Part shown: positions 1 to 10,618 of the stretch, piece by piece
How the letters are laid out: every line of letters begins with the position of its first letter
Numbering within the stretch: position 1 is the first letter of the stretch
NCBI GenBank assembly: GCA_965644295.1
Contig: CBFFRP010000238.1
Location: forward strand, 124,001 to 188,000
Length of the DNA stretch: 64,000 bases
Reading direction: 5' to 3'
Source: Paraphysomonas bandaiensis
Lineage: Eukaryota; Protista; Chrysophyceae
Notes under the pieces: model-generated
Seen by the model: the letters and a program-made list of their open reading frames with translations, nothing else
Told to the model about the DNA's origin: nothing
Database searches by the model: none
Position numbers and translations under genes: made by a program

Positions 1-554
1 TGATGACACACTCATGATACTGTAAGACTGACGACACACTCATGATACTGTAAGACTGATGACACACTCATGATGCTGTAAGACTGATGACACACTCATG
101 ATGCTGTAAGACTGATGACACACTCATGATGCTGTAAGACTGATGACACACTCATGATGCTGTAAGACTGACGACACACTCATGATGCTGTAAGACTGAT
201 GACACACTCATGATGCTGTAAGACTGATGACACACTCATGATGCTGTAAGACTGACGACACACTCATGATACTGTAAGACTGACGACACACTCATGATGC
301 TGTAAGACTGATGACACACTCATGATGCTGTAAGACTGATGACACACTCATGATGCTGTAAGACTGATGACACACTCATGATGCTGTAAGACTGATGACA
401 CACTCATGATGCTGTAAGACTGATGACACACTCATGATACTGTAAGACTGATGACACACTCATGATGCTGTAAGACTGATGACACACTCATGATACTGTA
501 AGACTGATGACACACTCATGATGCTGTAAGACTGATGACACACTCATGATGCTG
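1..554. repeat. 28-bp tandem repeat (minisatellite), about 20 copies, continues off the left edge
   Basis: Unit TGAYGACACACTCATGATRCTGTAAGAC starts at 1, 29, 57 ... 533. Only two positions vary. Confidence 0.97.
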
Positions 555-1024
555 ATGTTCTGATGCTGCTCTACAGTCCACTTCAATGATGCTGCTTTTA
601 GAAGTTTGTTCCCTGAAAACCTCCTTTTTTTCTTCGTTGGACTAAAAATAGGGAGATTTATGCACCCCTGAAAGCCAATACAGCAATCGAAGTCATTCAT
701 TCAGTGCTGAAGTGAAGGAAGATGAGCGCCATCACTCCCAGCATATGAAGATCTCAAGATGTCCTGCGGATCATAGAGTGAGTTATGCCCACAGCTTCAT
801 GGACCCTCCTCCCCATAACACTCACAGGGACCATCGCTATATGCATACATGCTACAGATAGGCTAGATAGACATACACGTACATCTGTGTTATGTAGATA
901 TGTATATATGAGCTTATTGTTATGTTCGAGTGTTTGTTTTGATGCTCTGTAAGCCACTAATATATTGTGTGGTGTGAGATGGTATCTTAGACAGTCACAG
1001 TGTGTAATCAATGGATATAAGAAC

Positions 1025-1153
1025 GACTAGGTTGAATACCAAAGTTGACTAGGTTGAGTCATTTATTACTTTGACTAGGTTATTCCACCAAAAATAGCGT
1101 GACTAGGTAATTCAACCAATTTGACTAGGTTGAATAATATTTCCCATATCCCA
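1025..1153 (-). mobile_element. Probable decayed DNA-transposon end with GACTAGGT subterminal repeats
   Basis: Five GACTAGGT copies in about 110 bp. On the minus strand the end reads TGGGATATGGGAAATATTATT, which resembles the hAT TIR CAGGGATAGGGAACAATATATT at 52917. Confidence 0.35.
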
Positions 1154-1195
1154 ATACTTAAGAAATGACCATAAAAACTGTTTACTAACTCGATT

Positions 1196-1941
1196 GAGAA
1201 TAATAGATTTCTATTATACATAAGGCGTGAACCCAATACAAGGTTTCACACTGCAATATACGCATTAAAAAGCTTCTGGCTACTCCGAAGCCTGTCCAAA
1301 ACTCTTTTTATGTGTGTGCGGAGGATCGAAACTCATTTCTGCTAGGGCTCTTTTTATATTCCCATGCAGTATAAAGATGTCAGTATCATGGACTCTCTCG
1401 AGAATTATAGATTTCTATTATACATAAGGTGTGAACCCAATACAAGGTTTCACACTGCAATATACGCATTAAAAAGCTTCTGGCTACTCCGAAGCCTGTC
1501 CAAAACTCTTTTTATGTGTGTGCGGAGGATCGAAACTCATTTCTGCTAGGGCTCTTTTTATATTCCCATGCAGTATAAAGATGTCAGTATCATGGACTCT
1601 CTCGAGAATTATAGATTTCTATTATACATAAGGTGTGAACCCAGTACAAGGTTTCACACTGCAATATACGCATTAAAAAGCTTCTGGCTACTCCGAAGCC
1701 TGTCCAAAACTCTTTTATGTGTGTGCAGAGGATCGAAACTCAGTCCTGCTACAGTTCTTTTTATTCTCACACCACTACATATGTCGGTAGCATGGACTCT
1801 CTCGAGAATTATAGGTTTCTATTATTCATAAGGTGTGAACCCATTCAAGGTTTCACACTGCAATACACTCAAACAAACAAACGAAATATTTCCGAAGCCT
1901 GTCCAAAACTCTTTTTTTGTGTCTGCGGAGGATCGAAACAA
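1196..1941. repeat. 204-bp tandem repeat array A (about 3.7 units)
   Basis: Period is 204 (ATGCAGTATAAAG at 1364 and 1568). Same family as 22120-22740. Confidence 0.95.
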
Positions 1942-2339
1942 TTGTGTCACATATTTTTATGGTGTTTTTTGTGTGCACATTGGCATTCTATGGAGTTGGC
2001 AGCTTGTTCCCTGTAGACAGGAGTAGCAGCAGATATACTTTGAAAATTTTGGGGAATTTTTATCACCACAAAAGTACGAAATTTTGTCATAAGTGGTGAT
2101 TAATTATCTGCCTACTCGGATACATATACATGTATATAATACCATGTACAGAGTATTGCTGATGTATTGGATGTAAATTTGAGAACAGGCATGTTGTGCA
2201 CCCATCTTATTATATAATTTGTAAGGTTATTATTCAAGTTACATAAGTGAGGAACTGTATGATTGTCGAGGAATAAGTTTTATTTAATATACTCTTATTC
2301 TGATATTTTACGAGATTGTATTAGCAATACATAAGTACA

Positions 2340-3817
2340 ATGCTCCTTCGGCTCTGTAAAATATTAACATTAGTCACTGTGGTCGCTGGTTCCAACAGGA
2401 AAACAGTCCAACCAATTACTAAGGGAAGCATGGACTCGAGCTATAACTTCCTGATGCATGGTGACTGGGGATGGAATAGTTTCAATCAAACGTTAACTTC
2501 ATATGAAATGGCTGTATATGCATGGCTCGTTAACGCCGAGTTTGTGATTGCACTGGGTGATAATGTGAGTGATACTTGTTAAATTCTTTTTCTTGCTTAA
2601 TATTTTATTTAGTTCTATGAAGATGGCGTGACTGATACACACGACGAGTTGTGGGACACTGCTTTTCATGATGTATACGCATCTCCTGCATTGAATGTGA
2701 AATGGTATGGTGTTTTGGGAAACCATGATTATCATGGCAATATCGAAGCTCAAATTGATCGTTCAGTTGTATCTGGCGAGACGATGTGGTACATGCCAGC
2801 TACTTACTATTCTATTGACTATGAGTTAAAGGATGGCGGTATATTGACTATAGTTTACATCGACACATGCTTGCTCGATCCGTACGCCAAGGACACTGAG
2901 GACATCCTTAACAACGCGAATTGGGTAGAAGAGCGCACAAATCAGTTGGAATGGATTGATAACACTCTGGCTGCTGCGGCACTGAAATCTAACTGGATTG
3001 TTGTCGCTGGCCATTATCCCATATACTCCATAGGGGAACATGGTGACGATCAATACTTAATCGATGACCTGCTGCCGTTGTTACTAGATCACGGTGTTCA
3101 CGCCTACTTCGCAGGACACGACCACCTTCACCAGCATATTTATAAAGATGGACTGCATCATATTACATCAGGTTTGTCTTCGGCATTTTATGCACCTTAT
3201 CTTTTTGCGTGGCTCTATTCCTTTACATGCAGTTGGTATTTATTACTCCTCGATGTTAATTTTTATTTGCAGGCAATAGCGCTGGTCGTGGTCCCTTTGA
3301 TGAACACGGCTATGCATACCTCGGCGTGTCGGCAGCTACAAATCAGGTTCTCCACTGGTTCCTTGACTGCGGGTTCGCGATTACTTCAGTTGATAAGACA
3401 CACCTCAACGTGACATTCGTGGACAACCACGGACAAGTTAGGTACTCAGCTTCAATGGGGGAGCCACTCAACGCGAAGAGTTTTTATGACACCACTAAAC
3501 TGAAGGGACTGGGAATATCTCCCAAAATGGCTGGCGTCATAATCCTTGTCCCTGTGCTGGCTCTTGCAGTGGGACTTATTTTGTACCTCGGCAAAGATTG
3601 GTACTTAAATAAGGATGGCAAGTTTGATATGAGCCCCAAAAACATTTCGAAGTCTAATCCCGAAGAAGTTTTGAAAAGTATGTCTGCACTTACTCTTCGA
3701 AGAAAGACTGAATCGAACAAGTATACAGACGATGACTATTCAGATATCGATTCGTCGACGTGGAGCAATCTAGATGTTTCAACTGATAGGCTTAGGCCAA
3801 GCAGACATGGTGGATAA
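2340..3817 (+). CDS. Purple/tartrate-resistant acid phosphatase-like metallophosphoesterase with signal peptide and C-terminal TM helix; 3 exons
   Basis: Motifs GDWG, GDN|FY, GNHD, GHYP, GHDH. GT-AG introns 2565-2612 and 3172-3272 join ORFs 2340, 2628 and 3326 in frame. Hydrophobic N-terminus and MAGVIILVPVLALAVGLILYL TM segment. Confidence 0.9.
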
Positions 3818-4613
3818 GGAAACGGTGTGAGTTAGTGACAGTAGATCACAGTTAGGTGGCCATACATTGAAAGTTAGATCTTAAGTGATATTAAGTGCAA
3901 TGTGACTATGATTCATGTAATAATATTTATTGATTAACTTCATTTTAAATTACTAATCAAACTTGCCCTTATTGTAGCCGGTAACCGGCAATTATACCAT
4001 TCTACTACTTTTACATTACAATCACTCCAGCACTAACTACAGTCGCCATCTACAACCTATTTAATCATGAGAGAGTACTTAATCTGTCCTCTATCCTCTA
4101 CGTCTTCGTACTTAAATAGCAGAACTTGAACTCAGACAATAAATAATCAGTAAGAGTGAAATCAACATCTCTCATCATCCATTGATATTCGTTACACTTA
4201 TATTACTAAATCATATATAGACACGATCTTATACGAAGTTTTTTCGGTTTTTTAACATCATTCATATCATTGATTCCTGCACTACAGTTTTCAACTACTG
4301 CATTCTGAAACCAACGGTCGTAATTCGAATACTTTACAAAATACAGCTTTTAATTGTTTGCAAATTTATAGCACATAACAGATGCCACCTGTTCTAATCG
4401 TACATCGTACGCGACAGTTGACATCAGTTTATCGTGCATAGAATTCATGCAGCTTAATAATAAGATATCAACAGAAATAACATAGTATTTAGACCATCAT
4501 TAACATAAATTACTGCCCACGTTCAGGGGGCGTACTACACAATGCATCAGAATTCATGTTCATGTCTAAAATGTATATCAGGTGTATACACACATTGATA
4601 TTGTTCTTTCGGT

Positions 4614-5515
4614 CTAACTAGTACCCAGAGTTCTGCCAGCTCCCCAGTTGTACCCACCCCTAGGAAATACTCCCCGGTTCCCACCTTGTGGGCCATTTTC
4701 ATTCCTTGCCGCTGGAGGTCCAGTACTCCCTCTACCTGCTAGACTAGGCTGGGAAAAGCCGGTCAGCTGCTCGATAATATTGACGCAAAACTCTGGCGTT
4801 TTGATCAATTCCATACCATGAGAGTTTGGCAAAATATCCACAAGGAAGTAGTACAAGTGTCCTACATGTATCCAAAAAAGTGTCAAAAAGGTAATATTCG
4901 AAAAAATGTCAGATAGAGAAACCTCGATCCTAATCAAAACTGACCTGCTGCGATTCCAACCAATGGTCCAACAATAGAATTTCCCATTAGCAGTCGTAAG
5001 GCGACATACAGCCATGGTAAATATATCGCCTGGAACTTGAATCCGAATATATTTGCCTGTGCTTCAGGTTCGCGTCGGCTCCACACGTACATAATAACGT
5101 AGAGGAATGGCTCAGATAGTAAAGGCAACTCGAATATATATCCCAGAAAACAAATAACTCCCATCGAAAATATGAGCATCCATAAATAATCTGCAGATGT
5201 TCCTCTGGCACCAGTGTTGAATGGACTAGCTTCATACCTAACAGAGTTCTGATACAGCATATAAACATGCATCAAGAATGGAAAACTGAATGATCCAGCA
5301 AAAAGAAAAGATGACAACAGTCTCCATATCTCAAATTTATAATACACAGATGGCCAATGAAATATTAATGACATTGGCGATATGAATCCGAATGACACGC
5401 AAGCTGCACTCAATACAGTTGATGTTAATATTATTTTAGTTATAATTGGAAGCTGTTGAAACCAGTCTTGGGGAGTTCCCCCAGCTGTACCCATTCCCCC
5501 AACAGGACGTCTCAT
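4614..5515 (-). CDS. Derlin (Der1-like ERAD membrane protein); 2 exons
   Basis: WFQQLPIITK, FEIWRLLSSF, YVWSRREP, FGFKFQAIYLPW, G|HLYYFLVDILP, C-terminal WGAGRTLG (SHP-like box). Intron about 4862-4944. Confidence 0.93.
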
Positions 5516-5870
5516 TTTGTATAGTAAATAATATTCAATGTAACTTATTAATGAAAGTTATTAAGTATGAATGTTAAGTACATACATACACACAGCTTGT
5601 ATATGTAATACCCTGTAGAACACTACAGCATGGGACATGTATAGGAGGTATGCGTATAGTGTGGGTGTAGGTATTCCTTATGAAGCATATCACTGTTTCT
5701 CGATTTTTCTCCATGTGTACTGCTGTATATGGCGTGTGTATATGTACATGGATCCCACTGATATACAGCGGTAGTATATGTATATATATGTGAAGGTATG
5801 CACTCTACGCTCACTTCATATTCATATATATATATATACATAACTCATTGTACATATATAGCCGTATCAT

Positions 5871-8476
5871 ATGAACCCACCTCGTGTACCCGAAAGACGT
5901 GCTGCACGATCATCATCTGGACCTAAGTTCAGATCAGGACGTACCTCTGTTGGCCTATCAATCCCTCCTCCAGTCCGAATCCAATCAAACGGTAAGAAGA
6001 AATGTTACACTATTGTATATATATAGTATGAGATGATAGTAATTGTATGTGGATGTATTACAGGAGGACAGTGTGTATTGACAAAGAACACAACTGCAAC
6101 AAAATCTATTGAGCGACCAAAGAATATATCGATTCGAACCCAACGTGCTAAAGTATGTGATATTTTTGTATGTCTTCAATCATTGTGTGTAATGTGTATG
6201 TTGAAAGGCATCTCCAAATACAAGTAAAATAAGTGAAGAAGATTTTTGGGAAGAAAGTGCTGCATTATGGTGCCCTGTGGCTGAAAGTGATATCGATTAT
6301 TTGGAGAAATTACTCAAAGAACAGGAGGACGGATTCAATGCATTTCTGCAGGTATTTATCAGTGCGCTTCACGCATTCTGCGATAAACATGCATTTATGA
6401 TATTAGGCCATGTATATGCCATTTTCGTCCTCCGAGCCTCTTGTGCGAAGAAGTGACTACGATGATCTTTTATTGACTGCCTACAAACGACCATATCCTG
6501 CCCCTCCTCCTGCACAGACAACACGTTCCTTCTGTGGAACTAGGTCAATAGCGCATGCCTGGGCGCAACGAGGAGGGGTCGATGAGGTATGTCATTTTAT
6601 GTTTCACTGCTACCCATTATAGTCTATTTACATACACATTGCCCTAGTTATGTGATTATAATGCTCTTCATCGTTGTAACGTAAATCTGCGCCCGTTTTT
6701 GGTGTACGTAGATGCTTTGGAATGATATATTGGGGGCTACATCGCCTGTTGATTGCAAGATCAATGAAAACAACTCACAATCCGGTACAATAACGCATTT
6801 TATGATGCATTATTTGTCACATCAAGTGCTTACACTTTTTGCTTGCGTATGAATACCTGCCGCCTATTATATGTTTCAGACTATGTCTTATGCAGGCGGT
6901 TTGATGTATTTTAGGTACTACTGGGATAGACATCAGCGCTTGTCTGGGGGCGTCATTATTAGATTTATGTAGTCGTGAAACTTTTTCCCAGACCCAGAAT
7001 GCTCTAGAATCGTACTGGCCAGTTCTGCAACACCACAGAATCGGTACACTGAGGTTATCTACCAGCAACAAAAAGCAAGGCAGTTCGCTCAGTACCTCTG
7101 GATATCGTAGTAGAATGCTTGGTAAGCGTGGAAGACTCTATGATGACCAATGGGGTGAGGAAGATTATATGTACAAATATGGTGCTCGATGTAAGTACGT
7201 ATCGAATTGGGATGAGCTGTTGAAGGACTATTGTGATGACCATGATGGGTGCTATATTGACTGGTTGCTGGAAAACCTACATAAGCGACGTCGCATGCAC
7301 CAATATGATGCCTCGGTAGCGTCGACTCAAACTGGAGGTACATCTGTGCCAGGTACACGACGGACAGGAGCTGCCTCTCGTGTGGCGACCGTCAACACTC
7401 CAGTTCATTTTTATCCTCCTCCCGTACCGGTGGCAGTGCAGCATCCTGCCTCATGGGGACCTGGAAGTAGAGTTGCTAGAAATCAATCGGCGATTGCTGT
7501 GGGCAGGATTCACCCGGCATGTGTGTCTAGCACAATCGTAAAACCGGTTGGGTATAGAACTCAATTTGTCGATCGCAAGCGTTCTGCAGATACAGTCGTG
7601 TGCAGCGACGACTTCGATGAAATTAGCCTCCTCATGGATGCGGCTACGCGACAATTAGAAGTGCAATCCACGTGGAACAGCATAACATTGTATAAGATCT
7701 TAGCTAGTGCGAAATCAGAGATAGGTCTTCAACAGCTTCGGGAAAAGAGAAATCGATTGCACAGTGTCGTTCAAACCATTATGAGTGATATGCAGAAGAA
7801 GAGAGCAGATGATGTGGAAAGAACAGTGAGTGAAATGCTATCCAATAATACCATTACCAGTGGGTCTGATTCTCCACAGCGAGCTGCGAAGATTAGTAAT
7901 AGTGACAGGTATAGTTTTCCTGTGACGAGCTCTGTAATATTTTGCGTTAACTGCGGGTACTTGTGACGTAGAACGAAATCTGTATACGCGCCATTATGTA
8001 GTATACCTATTTCAATGAATAGCAAAAGAACTGATTTTGTTGGTGCCGTTGGGTCGACACAGCTCGCGTTCGGGGAATTCCTTAAATCCCTTAGAGTGGG
8101 GAGTGTAGTAGAAGTATATGGGGTAGGTAATGTATGGAGCTGCAGTACAGTAATAGGGATGAAGTACGACTACGGTGGCGCGCTTAGATTTTTGCAGGTA
8201 TGATTCTACGTTTCATGAGGCAGAGTAGAAGTTGTTTGGGGATATTATATTAGTGTGTTACCTTGATGTACAATAGAAAGTATTGCACTAATATACATAC
8301 AATGAAGTGTGGTTGTTTGTAATCGTATCGAACAGACTCGTTCAGTTGGTGCTTGCGATGGCGACTGTCAATGGGCTGCTGTAGAGGATGGTAAGTTGGC
8401 ACCTCCTGGAACTCACTTACCTCAGTTCATGGTAAAAGTAGCCTCTTCTTCGATCGCATGTACCACAGATAGTTAG
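5871..8476 (+). CDS. Multi-exon Ada3/TADA3-like protein with C-terminal Tudor/Agenet-like domain (internal exon structure approximate)
   Basis: Exon 1 MNPPRVPERR at 5871. EDFWEESAALWCPVAESDIDYLEKLLK and DDFDEISLLMDAATRQLEVQSTWNSITLYKILASAKSEIGLQQLREK resemble the two conserved Ada3 blocks. C-terminus LRVGSVVEV...WAAVEDGKLAPPGTH; stop at 8474-8476. Confidence 0.5.
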
Positions 8477-9327
8477 CTGTTTTGTCTTGGTATTTGTAGT
8501 TCGCTGACATACGATGTTTTATGGTTTGTGGTGTTAATAATCTGGTGTATTATATTGCCCGGAATTGTCATGCATTGATGCACATTATTTATGCATTTGT
8601 TAATTTCGAATTCACAACTCATGTTTATGGCAATTGATGTCACAAAGTAAAGTATCACTATCTTAAAATTAATGGATATTGATAGAAAACCAACAACTCC
8701 ACCACAATTATAAGTTTACTACTTGGAATGTGTTCAAAGACAGCCTCATAGTCGTGGTCATACCAGAGTTGAAGCACAAAGTATGGTACTAACGTCTATG
8801 AATTTACAGCATGCATATCGAAGTGTTACTATAGTACGCTTGTACACGGGCATGTCGTAGTCAATGTTTGTTTATTAGCAATATGCCTTCAAGAGTCAAA
8901 ACAGATTAGTAGATAGATGATCAAACCATGGTGCTTCCAATGACACAGAGTTGTAATGCTACATTAGTTCTGACGTTTAAACGCCTATACTACAACTCTA
9001 CAACTCTGATATCCTTATTGATTATTGACCCCCTCAACAAAGTCAGACTCGCACCTTTTCGTGGTGTTTTGGGGGATAAGTACCGGAGAGATTCTCTCTG
9101 GGAAACTAACGTGAGCCGCAAACATAGTCAGCAGATATTCTTCTGCCCACTCATAGCCGAATGCTTGTGTGGTACAAGGGACACCAATAAGTGTCACTTG
9201 TGTAGACGTCTTTGGGCCCTGACGAATAAACAGGCATCCGGGAATGGGCCCACCTGAAGGGTAACCGGGGTGTATTGGGCTGCCTGCTGAAGTCAAGCAT
9301 CCGGGATGTTCACCTTAAGAACTCAGA

Positions 9328-9386
9328 GCGGAAGTGGTCGCACCTTGGTGCTTTCGGCGACGCACAAGCAGCTTCCGTAGCGTTAA
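9328..9386 (+). other. Conserved structured motif, copy 1
   Basis: Core GGTCGCACCTTGGTGCTTTCGGCGACGCACAAGCAG enclosed by a GCGGAAG/CTTCCGT stem. Confidence 0.6.
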
Positions 9387-9687
9387 ATATAGTAGCATAA
9401 AAAACGTGTGTACTGATTAGTTACAGGTAGAGGTCTAACTAGTTTGTATAGCATTCATCTCGCTACTAAGTTGGTGCAGGTTTTTAACGCCTATTGCTAA
9501 TAATAAGACTTTCAAACATCATCTACTATTATTGACCAATGCTCAACTTCCGTTTCTTGAATCGTCATGATATAATACTTCAGTTTCACAGTTATAGCTA
9601 CATAGCATCTTTGACTATTGACTATGTATTACTGTTTTTTCACATTGTATTTAACGTATTCTACAGTACTATCTTAGAGCCTTAGGC

Positions 9688-9988
9688 GTTGTGCCAAGTG
9701 GGTCAGGTATGTGGATGAAGGTTTTGCAAAATGTTTTTATCTACTGTGTCGCTACTACAACCAATGTCTATATATATTATCTTGGAAAATACTTGAACCG
9801 TCACCCTTCCTCTCGACTCCCTGTTACCGATATACCGGAGATATCTCGTATCCCACTGCTGGTGTTCAACTAACTCTTTTCTTCCATATGTTCTCTGCTA
9901 CTGGCTACACAGCAAAAGAGCCGATTCCGACCTTTCTACGCAGTTTAGACCAAAACATTTTGCAAAACCTTCAGCCACTTGGCACAAC
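9688..9988. mobile_element. MITE-like inverted-repeat element, about 300 bp
   Basis: Left arm GTTGTGCCAAGTGG..TGAAGGTTTTGCAAAATGTTTT (9688-9737) is the reverse complement of AAAACATTTTGCAAAACCTTCAGCCACTTGGCACAAC (9952-9988) apart from an internal indel. No TSD is evident. Confidence 0.6.
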
Positions 9989-10177
9989 TCAGATTGCCAA
10001 ACTCAGAAGGGTATATTGCTGCACCCCCCCTGCTGCCTGCCGTAAGGCACATAATTTTTAAATTGCACAAAATGTATGTGTAGTCTTATGCGTTCTAGTG
10101 TGGTAGTCGTAGACTTAGATCACTGCTTTCACTTGACATGCTGTGCAACGTCCCCTACATACACATCTATCAATATA

Positions 10178-10236
10178 GCGAGCATGGTCGCACCTTGGTG
10201 CTTGAGGCGACGCACAAGCCGCTTTCGTGGCGTTAA
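10178..10236 (+). other. Conserved structured motif, copy 2
   Basis: Core is 33/36 identical to copy 1, lies 850 bp downstream, and is also followed by GCGTTAAA. Confidence 0.6.
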
Positions 10237-10618
10237 AAAGTAGGATATCAGAGTTTACACTGGTTAGTAAATGGTAGAGGCTTTTATAGCGTGACTGGTT
10301 CGTTCATCTAGGTTCTGACTCTTGAATGCCTATTCCTAAATGAACAGACATTTACTAACATATCATGGAATATATAAAACTTGAAGAACAATTCATTAAT
10401 TACGTACTCAAATTTACCTTTGTGACATACACAGCACATCAATATTTCAGTTAACTGCTGAATGATTTTATAACTATCGTATGCTAATTAAATATATTTC
10501 GATATTAAACACTTCGCACACTCGTAAAACACCTATGAATGCATTTACATGTAGGAGTAAACATAATTCTACGAATATTGCAGGACAAAATCAAAGAAAC
10601 GCAGAGACTTGTTTGCTG

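Noticed and set aside
1-554. CTGATGA/CTGACGA in each 28-bp unit resembles the hammerhead CUGANGA core, and the array could be mistaken for CRISPR or telomeric repeats
   Set aside because: There is no GAAA core or stems, no unique spacers, and the unit is not a G-rich telomeric repeat.
555-870. Possible small spliced minus-strand gene next to the minisatellite
   Set aside because: Candidate splice sites give only short, inconsistent frames with no homology evidence.
9375-9392. CGTTAAATA resembles part of the pistol ribozyme consensus
   Set aside because: The other pistol elements are absent, and motif copy 3 lacks this segment.
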